Shown one piece after another: positions 34,383 through 42,400 of a stretch of DNA of 42,633 nucleotides; the first letter of the stretch is position 1; each line of letters begins with the position of its first letter. The stretch covers positions 1 to 42,633 of the IMG/VR virus record IMGVR_UViG_3300049004_000034. One strand, given 5' to 3'. Under the pieces are notes generated by a model. That model saw only the letters and a list, made by a program, of their open reading frames with translations. It was not told the origin of the DNA and did no database searches. Source of the DNA: a virus. Its lineage: Duplodnaviria > Caudoviricetes. A program made the position numbers and the translations under genes.

Positions 34383-35819
34383 CTATCCAATCGCCTGCCA
34401 GTGAATAGTTTGTTTGACGCCCGCGACAGGCACGGCGTCGGCGCAAGCAGAGTTCAAGCCAATTTTAGTGCTTGACGTAGAGACGATTTGGGGGAACATC
34501 CTGCGCGTGGCTTCGACGTAGACGGGCGTCAGCAGGACAACAGCGGGAGTAGCCCCCAGCCCATGGGTTACTTCAGTGGTTTTGCTTTGGATGCTGCCAC
34601 CCGCCCATTCGACTTCAGCGGTCCCGAAGTTGATCTTGCGCGAGGCCGGAGTGACAAGCTGGGGAAAGAGTTCTTTGGCCCCGGTGGCAAGCTTGGCGCT
34701 TCCTACGGCTCCGGCGGTCAGGTCGGCTTCGAGGATCTGGTTGACCAGGCTGAGCTTTTTGTATTCGATCCCGGCCGTGTTGGAGACATCCCCGTTGACG
34801 ATCACTTCGTCGTTGAGCATCGGATTGGGATAGGTCCCTTTGAGGTCTCCGCCCGCTACCCCCGTGGGGGCAGCCGTGAAGGCCGAGTATTCCTGCGTTG
34901 TGGTCCCGATGACAATTGGGTCAGCGGTAGTCAGAAGCCAACTGGTCGCCGTGTTCACGGTGCCTTTGGTGACCAGGACGAACATGCCCTGTTTGACCTC
35001 TTCGGTCGAGTCCGCGTCTTTGGTCCGGGTCAACTGGATTTTGGTGCCGGAAGCGAATGTGCCGGTTCCGGCGAACGAGCCTTCCCCGGCGAAGGTCGGG
35101 TTTTTCGTCACTTCCCAGATGCCGTTGCGGGTTCCTACGGTCTGGTTCTTGAGAAGCAGTCTCGTGCCGACCGCAAAGCTCGTGGTCCCGTCGATGGACA
35201 GGGGGACGGTCTTTTCCAGCACGAGTGCCGAGACTTCCGTGAAGCCCGTGATGTTCGCGGTGGATGCATAAGCCACCGGGCTCTTGATCGTCAGACCGGC
35301 CGCGGCGGCCGAGGCGAGGGCTTTAGCCGTTTCTTCGGCTTCGAGTAGCACTGAGGCGATCGTTTTGCCGGAGTCTTTGACGATCTTTCCGGTAGCGCCG
35401 TTGTAAGTCGCTATGTCTTCGGTGGTCGCGGAGGCGGGACCTTTGACTCGTTCGTTGTCGGCTTCTTCGCGTTTGGATTTCTCCAGCGTGTCGGCGGCTT
35501 CTCTTGCTTCTTTCTCCGCTTTGACCGCTGCTTCGCGGGAGGCTTTCTCGGTTTCCCCTTCGCCTTTGAGGATGAGATCGACTTCTTTTCGCGCCGTGGT
35601 CTCGTTTTCGAGTTCGGCTTTGTAGGCAGGTTCTTTGGCGAATTCGGGATTGGGGTATTCCCCTTTGAGAACGCCGCCTGCTTTGCCTGAAGCCGGGAGC
35701 CCTTTTTCTTCGATCAGGCGTAGTTCACGCTCCAGTTCCCCGCCACGCCTGCGCAGGATGCGCAGGTTTCGCTCAGTTGGGACCTCTGGAACCGTCCCTG
35801 CTGACGGCCAGTTGGTCAT
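34383..35819 (-). CDS. Tail fibre protein (paralog of 36569-37444)
   Basis: RLLLKNQ...NGIW...LTRTKDADS; AGGDLKGTYPNP; C-terminal VTHGLGATP lectin-like domain. Confidence 0.8.
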   Translation of the reverse strand: MTNWPSAGTVPEVPTERNLRILRRRGGELERELRLIEEKGLPASGKAGGVLKGEYPNPEFAKEPAYKAELENETTARKEVDLILKGEGETEKASREAAVKAEKEAREAADTLEKSKREEADNERVKGPASATTEDIATYNGATGKIVKDSGKTIASVLLEAEETAKALASAAAAGLTIKSPVAYASTANITGFTEVSALVLEKTVPLSIDGTTSFAVGTRLLLKNQTVGTRNGIWEVTKNPTFAGEGSFAGTGTFASGTKIQLTRTKDADSTEEVKQGMFVLVTKGTVNTATSWLLTTADPIVIGTTTQEYSAFTAAPTGVAGGDLKGTYPNPMLNDEVIVNGDVSNTAGIEYKKLSLVNQILEADLTAGAVGSAKLATGAKELFPQLVTPASRKINFGTAEVEWAGGSIQSKTTEVTHGLGATPAVVLLTPVYVEATRRMFPQIVSTSSTKIGLNSACADAVPVAGVKQTIHWQAIG

Positions 35820-36295
35820 TCAGGCACTTCCACCCAGAGCCGACGATCTTTGCCCGTCACGCTCCCGGAGGTCGCTTTGAACTGGACCGATACATCGTAG
35901 GTCCCCGCCGCAACGAACAGCTCAGCCATCCCGCCTTCGATGCTGGCTGAAATCAACTGGCCGGTGGTCACGTCGGCCCCCACGGCTTCTCCCGCCGTAG
36001 AAGTCGCCAGCCCCGTGAAACTCGAAGAAGAGAGCTGACGAAAGGTCGTCCCAACCGTTGTAGCAGCCTGGACTTTCGGTTCGATCGTATAGATCTTGAG
36101 CTGATTGGCGCCGATGAAGATCGCGGCTTTCCCAGCGCCTGAGACGCTTGACTTGAAACGAGCGGAGTAGCCGATCCGAAGCAGGCCCTTTTCGCCTACT
36201 TTGACTTCTTTGATCAGGTCGGCAGTAGGGAGCGTCCCGAAGGTCGCTGATTCCCGCGTCTCTTCTTTTGCGATTACAAGGGACTGGAGGGCCAT
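35816..36295 (-). CDS. Tail/receptor-binding beta-sandwich protein (paralog of 37444-38049)
   Basis: AAIFIGANQLK, AAGTY..SVQFKATSGSVT; AAGGA RBS. Confidence 0.7.
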   Translation of the reverse strand: MALQSLVIAKEETRESATFGTLPTADLIKEVKVGEKGLLRIGYSARFKSSVSGAGKAAIFIGANQLKIYTIEPKVQAATTVGTTFRQLSSSSFTGLATSTAGEAVGADVTTGQLISASIEGGMAELFVAAGTYDVSVQFKATSGSVTGKDRRLWVEVPE

Positions 36296-36321
36296 TCGGT
36301 TCCTTTGACTAGGATGGGACG

Positions 36322-36480
36322 ATGAATGATAAGAAGAGAGCCGACGAACTTGAACTGATCGTCAAAGCATTCCTACGCGATCAGCAAAAGTTCATGGAGA
36401 TAGCTACGGAGGCGTTGCGGCTCGCGCATCACATGCACGGCTACCGCCGTTCCTTGGCAGCGCTGCAAGAGAAGAAGTAG
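36322..36480 (+). CDS. 52-aa helical protein (leaderless antisense cargo)
   Basis: TAGGAT-GGGACG-ATG; MNDKKRADELELIVKAF...QEKK. Confidence 0.7.
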   Translation: MNDKKRADELELIVKAFLRDQQKFMEIATEALRLAHHMHGYRRSLAALQEKK

Positions 36481-36559
36481 CCCCGGCTGCGCGGGACGAT
36501 GCGGGACACGCGCGCCGGGGCTTGCTACGTAGGGTCGAGAGAACCAGGGAGCCCTACGC
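36481..36559. terminator. Tandem GC-rich hairpins between convergent genes
   Basis: CCCCGGC...GCCGGGG and CGTAGGG...CCCTACG followed by T-run on +. Confidence 0.5.
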
Positions 36560-36568
36560 AGTTTTAGG

Positions 36569-37444
36569 TTAGCCGAAGGCTATCCATCCAAAAGCAGCGG
36601 TACCTGTTACGGAACCGAAGGGGGAAGCTCCTACAGCTTCAAACGTGGTGGAGCTAAGACCCTGCGAGCGGGCGAATAGCAGGCCCAGTTCCGTTCCTTG
36701 CTGGGCAAGCACGACAGAGGATGGGGTCGTTCCCAGTTCGTGTGTGACGGTTTTGATCGCAGAGATCGTTCCTGCCGTGAAGGTCACGCTCACGGTGCCA
36801 CTAGCGATCTTCTTAGTCCCGCTCATAGGGAGCTGCGGGAACAACTGCTTGGCGGTCGTGGCCAGGTCCGTTGAGGCAACCTGTTCTTTCAGGTCGAGCT
36901 TGGAGGCTTTGATCCCGGCGCTTGCTTTGACTTTCGAGTTATCGATCACCGCTTCAGCAATACTCGGTTCTGAGTAGCTCCCCGTCAGGTCCCCACCCGC
37001 TGCCCCTAAGGCTCCGGCAGCAAGGGATTCGAAGGTCTGGGCAGTAACCCCGACTTCGATCGGCCCGGGCGTCCGCTGTATCCAAGAGGTCTTGCGGTTG
37101 GTCGTCCCTTCTTCGACCGGGACCAGCATCCCCTCTGTGACCTCTCCGGAAGAATCAGCATCGGCCGTACGGGTCAGGACCCATTCGCTTCCAACTGCGA
37201 ATTTGCCTGAGCCAGCAAACGAACCGCTGCAGGCAAACGCTTCATATGTCGCTACTTCCCAAAGACCGTTTTGGGAGGCCGTAACTTGGTTCTTGAGTAG
37301 GAGCCTCGTCGTTAGAGGCAGCCCCCCGCCACCATCGACGGTGAGGGGGCCTTTGCCTTCCAGCAGTTTCGCTTCAGCTTTGGTTGTCGAAATGGCTTTC
37401 GTAGAAGCCTGGAATGCAGGTAGCTTCGCGTCTAGGATCGCCAT
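36569..37444 (-). CDS. Tail fibre protein (paralog of 34383-35819)
   Basis: RLLLKNQ...NGLW...LTRTADADS; AGGDLTGSY; KQLFPQL; VTHELGTTP. Confidence 0.8.
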   Translation of the reverse strand: MAILDAKLPAFQASTKAISTTKAEAKLLEGKGPLTVDGGGGLPLTTRLLLKNQVTASQNGLWEVATYEAFACSGSFAGSGKFAVGSEWVLTRTADADSSGEVTEGMLVPVEEGTTNRKTSWIQRTPGPIEVGVTAQTFESLAAGALGAAGGDLTGSYSEPSIAEAVIDNSKVKASAGIKASKLDLKEQVASTDLATTAKQLFPQLPMSGTKKIASGTVSVTFTAGTISAIKTVTHELGTTPSSVVLAQQGTELGLLFARSQGLSSTTFEAVGASPFGSVTGTAAFGWIAFG

Positions 37445-38049
37445 TAGGCGCCCAGGACTCCGACCCAGAGTTTTCTTTCTTTGGCCGTCACAGAGCCAGA
37501 GGTCGCTTTGAACTGGACCGAGATGTTGTAAGTCCCGGCAGCGGCGAATACGTAGGTTAGGCCACCGCCGGTACCAGGACCGAGGATCTGCCCGGTGGTC
37601 ACAAAAGCGGTTGCAGCACTGCCGTTACTCCTAGAGAGCCCCGATGATGTAGTACCAAGCGTGCTGAGTTCAGTGGTCGCAGTCGCTATTTCTTCAACAA
37701 GGGGCGCGCCCGTAGCCGCATTCTTGAGCTGATTGGCGCCGATGAAGATGGCGGCTCTCCCAGCGTTCGATACCGATGATTTAAAAATTGCGGTATAGCC
37801 TATGGCGAACAGGCCGTTGGCAGGCAGCACAACTGATTTGACTTCGTCGGCCGTGGTGAGAGTGCCAAAGGCAACATTTTCTCGGGTCTCTTCTGTTGCG
37901 ATGACCGTCGGCGTCTGCCAGCGAATCGTATTGCCAAGTTTATTTTCAGTGTTCAGAAGTTCATTGACGCCTTTGAGCATCGTTTTGATCTTCGGGTCCT
38001 CGGTGCTATTCGGGCTGCCTTCGGTCGGAATTTCGTAAGTGCCTGCCAT
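37444..38049 (-). CDS. Tail protein (paralog of 35816-36295 with an extra N-terminal segment)
   Basis: Shared EETRE..FGTL.TAD, AAIFIGANQLK, SVQFKATSGSVT motifs. Confidence 0.75.
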   Translation of the reverse strand: MAGTYEIPTEGSPNSTEDPKIKTMLKGVNELLNTENKLGNTIRWQTPTVIATEETRENVAFGTLTTADEVKSVVLPANGLFAIGYTAIFKSSVSNAGRAAIFIGANQLKNAATGAPLVEEIATATTELSTLGTTSSGLSRSNGSAATAFVTTGQILGPGTGGGLTYVFAAAGTYNISVQFKATSGSVTAKERKLWVGVLGA

Positions 38050-38208
38050 CTAGGTATTCAGTCTGCTTTCTTGTTTAGTCGTGGTAGCTCCGAGCAAGAC
38101 GCTCGGCTCTACAGGCAGGCTCCAATCCCTTGGCCCCTGCCGCCTGAGAACCCTACCGTTTCTTGTCATAACAGGTCGTGAAGGCCTTGTTAGTTCTGAG
38201 GTCTCTGC

Positions 38209-38225
38209 TAGATTGTGGACATAAT
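38209..38225 (+). promoter_or_regulatory. -10 TAGATT with operator ATTGTG-GA-CATAAT
   Basis: Full match to the recurrent palindrome; followed by GAGGAG RBS. Confidence 0.7.
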
Positions 38226-38241
38226 CGAGAGAGGAGAGAAG

Positions 38242-38844
38242 ATGGCTGAGGGGGTGAAGCGGTTCGAGGTCGGGTCTAGCACGCTCTCCGGTGGATGGAT
38301 GAGAGAGGCGGCTGACGGCAACTGGGTCCGCTACCCCGACTACGAGAAGCTGGAGGCAGAACAGAAGGATGACAAGGCGACCACTGGGCTGGCGGTAGAC
38401 CGTGCCAAGAGAGCCGAAGCCCAACGCGACCAAGCCCGCCAAGAGGTACTAGAGGAGGTGCGGGAGGGGCTGCTTGACGACGAGGCGCTTCGACCTCTGG
38501 CTTCTGCGCTCACAAGCCAGAACTTTCCGGCCCTAGACGATGCGCGGCGTCTTGTCGAAGCCGCCCTCGCCACCCTCGATCCCTCTGGGGAGGAGGAGTG
38601 CGAGCGCTGCGGCGGATCGAAGCGAATCCAAGATCCCGACCAAGCCTCGAAGACGACGGTCTCCTTTGTGCCCTGCCCCGATTGCCAACCCACCGAAACT
38701 CGCGGTCCCGGCTGGGCGCAAATGTGCCGCAAGTGCGCGATCCGCCGCCACGACCTTTGCGAAGGCACGGCCAAAGACGGCGGGGCTTGCACGTGCTCTT
38801 GTCGCGGCATCCTCATCCTTACGGCTTCCGATCCCTCCGTTTGA
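38242..38844 (+). CDS. Multi-Zn-motif hypothetical protein (antisense cargo)
   Basis: GNWVRY motif, coiled coil, CERCGGS...CPDC, CRKC...H.LC...CTC.C. Confidence 0.75.
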   Translation: MAEGVKRFEVGSSTLSGGWMREAADGNWVRYPDYEKLEAEQKDDKATTGLAVDRAKRAEAQRDQARQEVLEEVREGLLDDEALRPLASALTSQNFPALDDARRLVEAALATLDPSGEEECERCGGSKRIQDPDQASKTTVSFVPCPDCQPTETRGPGWAQMCRKCAIRRHDLCEGTAKDGGACTCSCRGILILTASDPSV

Positions 38845-39431
38845 AGCGCCTCCTTCTCCTCACAGCCCTCCTAGTGCTCTTCCCAGCCTCTGTAAGCGCT
38901 TCCTGTGGCTTCGGCTGCCTGCACCGTCAGATCGAAGCGATACGACGTCAGGCGCTTCCTGTGCGCGTGCTGCACCTGGAGGAACGAATGGCCGCTGCCG
39001 AGAGACGATTGCAAGCTCAAGACACCTACATCGCCTGGTTGGAAAAAAGGGCCACAAAGGCAGAAGACAGGCTGGCGAAAGTCCAAGCCGAGATGAAGTG
39101 CTTCGGAGAAATACCACTGACGCGCTATGGAGAAGCGTTGGGGCCGTCTGGCTACCTGTTCAAACTGGAAAGACCGGAAGGCCCTCAGACGCTTGCTACG
39201 ACGGCTCTGGACATGACCTACCCGAATGACCCCGTAGGCGCTTGGGTCCTTGCCAATGCCTGCAACAAAGAACGGCTAGGCAGCGATGCGGCTTGGTTCG
39301 TCCAAAGAGGGAACGAGAAGCTCCAGGCGGTGCCACGAGAACTCTTGGTTCAAGGCTTCGTTGGTCAAGAGGACCGAGAAGACCGTCCCTCGCTGAGCTA
39401 TACGCCGCTCTTTGCCCACGAGCCCCGCTGA
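38841..39431 (+). CDS. Secreted protein with signal peptide and coiled coil
   Basis: TTGA-coupled; (M)KRLLLLTALLVLFPASVSA signal; 3' end overlaps the nozzle gene. Confidence 0.7.
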   Translation: MKRLLLLTALLVLFPASVSASCGFGCLHRQIEAIRRQALPVRVLHLEERMAAAERRLQAQDTYIAWLEKRATKAEDRLAKVQAEMKCFGEIPLTRYGEALGPSGYLFKLERPEGPQTLATTALDMTYPNDPVGAWVLANACNKERLGSDAAWFVQRGNEKLQAVPRELLVQGFVGQEDREDRPSLSYTPLFAHEPR

Positions 39432-40856
39432 GAAGTCCCCGAAGAAGCCTTCTCCACCGAAAGCCCCGGCACCGGCAAAGAGCGAGCTGCCGATTCCGCT
39501 CAAGTCTAGCTCTTCGGGTTTTCCGGTCGATTCAGCGAAATCCTTGTCGATCTCGACCGTGACCTTGCCGGTCCCCCAGGCCTTCCCGGCCCTGATCTTC
39601 TTGACGTCGGCTGAGCCCAGGTCAAACCAGCCCGAGCGCCACCTCTCTTTGATCGCCGCACCGTCGTCGTTTTTGTAATCGGTTTTGTGGCGCCCGATCA
39701 TCTTTTCTCCGGATGAGTAGCCAAAGACAAGCTCGGTTTCGTTTTCGACCCGGAAAGTCGCAAAGCAGGAGGCGGGCAGGTTGAGGATCGACCACCACTT
39801 GTAATCAGGGCTATAGACGAGTTGGCGGTTGGCCGCTTCTGCTGTCGGGAAGGTCAGATAGATCTTTTCGTCCCAGGTTTCCATCGCGCAGTTCTGGATC
39901 GCCGAGAAGACCAGGGTGCCCTGCTTGTAGAAGAGGCTGGTATCTCCCGACCAGATCGGTTCTACGCGGTTACTGATCTGTTCAGGCTCCTGGCCCGTGG
40001 TCCTGTAGACGCCGCCCCGGCCCATGAAGTAGACGCCTGACTGATGAATGCAGACGGCACGTGGGGAGGCGAGGCCTACGCCGGTTTCAATCGTTTGGAA
40101 GACGAATTCCGGTTTGTTTTCGGAGTCCCGGGCCTGGTCGGTGATGACGAAGAACTTCGATTCCTTAAAGACGAAGACGAATTCTCGCCAAGTTACGACC
40201 GCTAGGACTTTCTCCCCGTCTCCCGGCGTGAACTGGATGTAGGCGGTGGATTCGAAAGCCTCAGGATTACCTTCTTCTGAGAAGTAGACGTGGCTGGGAG
40301 AGCTTTCAGCGCCGCCGGGACCGCCAGTTTTAGTCGAGAACGCGCCGCAGACCAATCGGTTATAGGCAGGTAGGGTGCAGAGGGAACCTGCCTTAACCCC
40401 GGTTTTAGCTCCGACCCCGTCAACCGTGATCGTTGGGTTCGTCCAGTTCGAGCCATCCCACTTGCGAAGGCTATCAGTGCCGTTGCCAGCGTAGACGGCC
40501 TCTTCATTGGGTTTGCCGAATCGCGTGAAGTCCCAGGGACCACCCGAGAGGCCCGTAGCGCTCGCTACGACGGCCCCGGCGGTCGAGATGGTCTCCAGCC
40601 TGGAACCGCAGCCTGCGACAAGCTGGCGCGTTCCTGAGGCCGTGTAGTAGGGGGAGAGGCTTTCAACGCGGTTCGTAAGTTCCGAGCCAGTGAGATTGTT
40701 GTAGCCCGGCCTCGATTCAATCGTCCCACGCTGTGTAAAGAGAACGTTGAGCAGGTCAACCGCCTCGTCTGGTTTGACAGCGTCGACCTTTTCAACAAGG
40801 TTCACCCCGCCCCCGAACCCTTCGAACGGCAGTGATTGGTAAGAGCGCGCGGGCAT
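39276..40856 (-). CDS. Tail tubular/nozzle (stabilisation) protein
   Basis: FGGGVN...N.LF..RGTIESRPG start; beta-propeller-like repeats (FVFKE, GVYF); WRSGWFDLG..DVKK. Confidence 0.8.
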   Translation of the reverse strand: MPARSYQSLPFEGFGGGVNLVEKVDAVKPDEAVDLLNVLFTQRGTIESRPGYNNLTGSELTNRVESLSPYYTASGTRQLVAGCGSRLETISTAGAVVASATGLSGGPWDFTRFGKPNEEAVYAGNGTDSLRKWDGSNWTNPTITVDGVGAKTGVKAGSLCTLPAYNRLVCGAFSTKTGGPGGAESSPSHVYFSEEGNPEAFESTAYIQFTPGDGEKVLAVVTWREFVFVFKESKFFVITDQARDSENKPEFVFQTIETGVGLASPRAVCIHQSGVYFMGRGGVYRTTGQEPEQISNRVEPIWSGDTSLFYKQGTLVFSAIQNCAMETWDEKIYLTFPTAEAANRQLVYSPDYKWWSILNLPASCFATFRVENETELVFGYSSGEKMIGRHKTDYKNDDGAAIKERWRSGWFDLGSADVKKIRAGKAWGTGKVTVEIDKDFAESTGKPEELDLSGIGSSLFAGAGAFGGEGFFGDFSAGLVGKERRIAQRGTVFSVLLTNEALNQEFSWHRLELLVPSLDEPSRIAA

Positions 40857-40857
40857 C

Positions 40858-41454
40858 TCAGAGATAAAACGAGCCGGTGCGGACTGTTAGAGGACTGGAC
40901 TGAAGGTCGCGCTTGAGTTCTGCCGCGACCATGCGTTGCAGATCAGCCTCTACTTCTTCTTTTAGTTCTCGCGCTACTGAGTATTCATCATTGTTTTTCA
41001 AAGCATCGACCACGGCCAGGTCCACAATGAGATATTGCCATTCCGAGGGCATCGCCGGTTCTGCGGAGGTCGTCAGTTTTTCCGGTTTCTTCAGGTAGCG
41101 AACCGAGATGTTTTCGCTAGTGCTCGTAGGGAAGACCCGTAGCGTCAGGTTGTCCAGCCACCACCACGCAGGCGAGCCGCTTTCTTCGAGGTTGGGATAG
41201 TGTTCGGCAAGCCACTGGCGACTCTGGCCGTAGATTGCGGATTCAGCCGTTGTGTTCTCGACCGAGAGGATTCCGCGCAGATCTTTGATTTCGAAGGGAG
41301 CTACGCCTTCTTTCGTCCCTTCTCGCCAGGGCCAGTTGTAGCGGGCTTCAAGGCGCTGGTAGTGGCGCTGGATCGAGCTTTCGATCGTCGCTGTCGTTTC
41401 GTATTGGAAACCTCTCGCAAGGACTTCCTGGGTCAATTCAGCCAGGCTTGCCAT
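40858..41454 (-). CDS. Head-tail adaptor protein
   Basis: MASLAEL...NWPW...GSPAWW...VFPT...VRY...P.MP.EWQYLIV pattern. Confidence 0.8.
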   Translation of the reverse strand: MASLAELTQEVLARGFQYETTATIESSIQRHYQRLEARYNWPWREGTKEGVAPFEIKDLRGILSVENTTAESAIYGQSRQWLAEHYPNLEESGSPAWWWLDNLTLRVFPTSTSENISVRYLKKPEKLTTSAEPAMPSEWQYLIVDLAVVDALKNNDEYSVARELKEEVEADLQRMVAAELKRDLQSSPLTVRTGSFYL

Positions 41455-41459
41455 AAACG

Positions 41460-42008
41460 TCAGGGTTTCTCGCCAGGCTCTGTGCGGCCCTGTGCCATCT
41501 TCTTGCGATAGGCCAGGGTCTCAGGACTCGCCTTGAGGTCGGAGCGTTTCTCGAAGCCCATGGGGTCCTTCAAACGCTTGGCTGCACGCATCGCCAGGTC
41601 GGCTTCGTCCAAGGCCTGTTCCTTCTCGGTAGCTCGGGCTCGTTGCTTGGCTTCGGCTACATGGCGCTGGATGCGCTTGCGGTCCTGCTTGACTCGGTCA
41701 TCCCACATGTCTGCACCAGCAAGCATATCAAGCATCCAGGCTCCTGGTTCGCGGTATTGGCCCTGCGGTCCCTGAAGGACGATGTAGGCGTCGACTGACC
41801 CAGGCACCCGTTTCCTAATCGACCAGTAGCCAGCCCGTAGCTCCGAGTCATCGGCGTTTTCCTTGCCTAGGACCAGCGAGAGGCCAGGGTCGATCCGCTT
41901 CAACTCCTTGTTCCAGTGAGCGGCCTCTTCGATCTGAGCGTCTACCTGCTGCTCGATTTCGCGGTTGATCTGCTGGGCTTCGTAGGACTCGGGGAGGACG
42001 AGAGGCAT
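41460..42008 (-). CDS. Hypothetical protein of the head-completion module
   Basis: GQYREPG...L..ADMW; in operon. Confidence 0.7.
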   Translation of the reverse strand: MPLVLPESYEAQQINREIEQQVDAQIEEAAHWNKELKRIDPGLSLVLGKENADDSELRAGYWSIRKRVPGSVDAYIVLQGPQGQYREPGAWMLDMLAGADMWDDRVKQDRKRIQRHVAEAKQRARATEKEQALDEADLAMRAAKRLKDPMGFEKRSDLKASPETLAYRKKMAQGRTEPGEKP

Positions 42009-42011
42009 TGG

Positions 42012-42341
42012 CTACTTTCCGTAAGCGATTACAAGAACTTTAACTTTACTCAAATCTTTCCCAGTAGCCACAACTTTGCCAGTTTTCCACGAGTACGCTT
42101 CGATCACGGCCGCAACATCGGATTTACGAACGAGCGACAAGAAGCCGAGTTCTATTGTTTCCGATTCAGTCCCGGTCAGCGGTAGGCAGAAGCCCCATTC
42201 AAAACGTGAGAGCCCAAGTTCCGCTGCCGTAACCGGCTCCCCACCCGCTGCGTATTCGGTATCGAGCGTCACTTCGGTGACCGTCTGACGCCTTGAGCCC
42301 GGCACTATGGCCGTGTCGATGATTTTGCTGGTAACAGCCAT
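42012..42341 (-). CDS. Putative capsid decoration protein
   Basis: Immediately after capsid; EYAAGGEP and DLSKVKVLVIAYG; AAGGA RBS. Confidence 0.65.
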   Translation of the reverse strand: MAVTSKIIDTAIVPGSRRQTVTEVTLDTEYAAGGEPVTAAELGLSRFEWGFCLPLTGTESETIELGFLSLVRKSDVAAVIEAYSWKTGKVVATGKDLSKVKVLVIAYGK

Positions 42342-42364
42342 GCTGTCCTTTCAGAAGATTTGAA

Positions 42365-42394
42365 GCCCGCCCCCAGCGCTAGCCAGAGGCGGGC
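42365..42394 (-). terminator. Hairpin after major capsid gene
   Basis: GCCCGCCTCTGGC-TAGC-GCTGGGGGCGGGC-TT. Confidence 0.6.
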
Positions 42395-42400
42395 AGATGC

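Noticed and set aside
34383-38049. Diversity-generating retroelement or invertible fibre cassette
   Set aside because: No reverse transcriptase or recombinase; repeats are direct and differences are not adenine-specific
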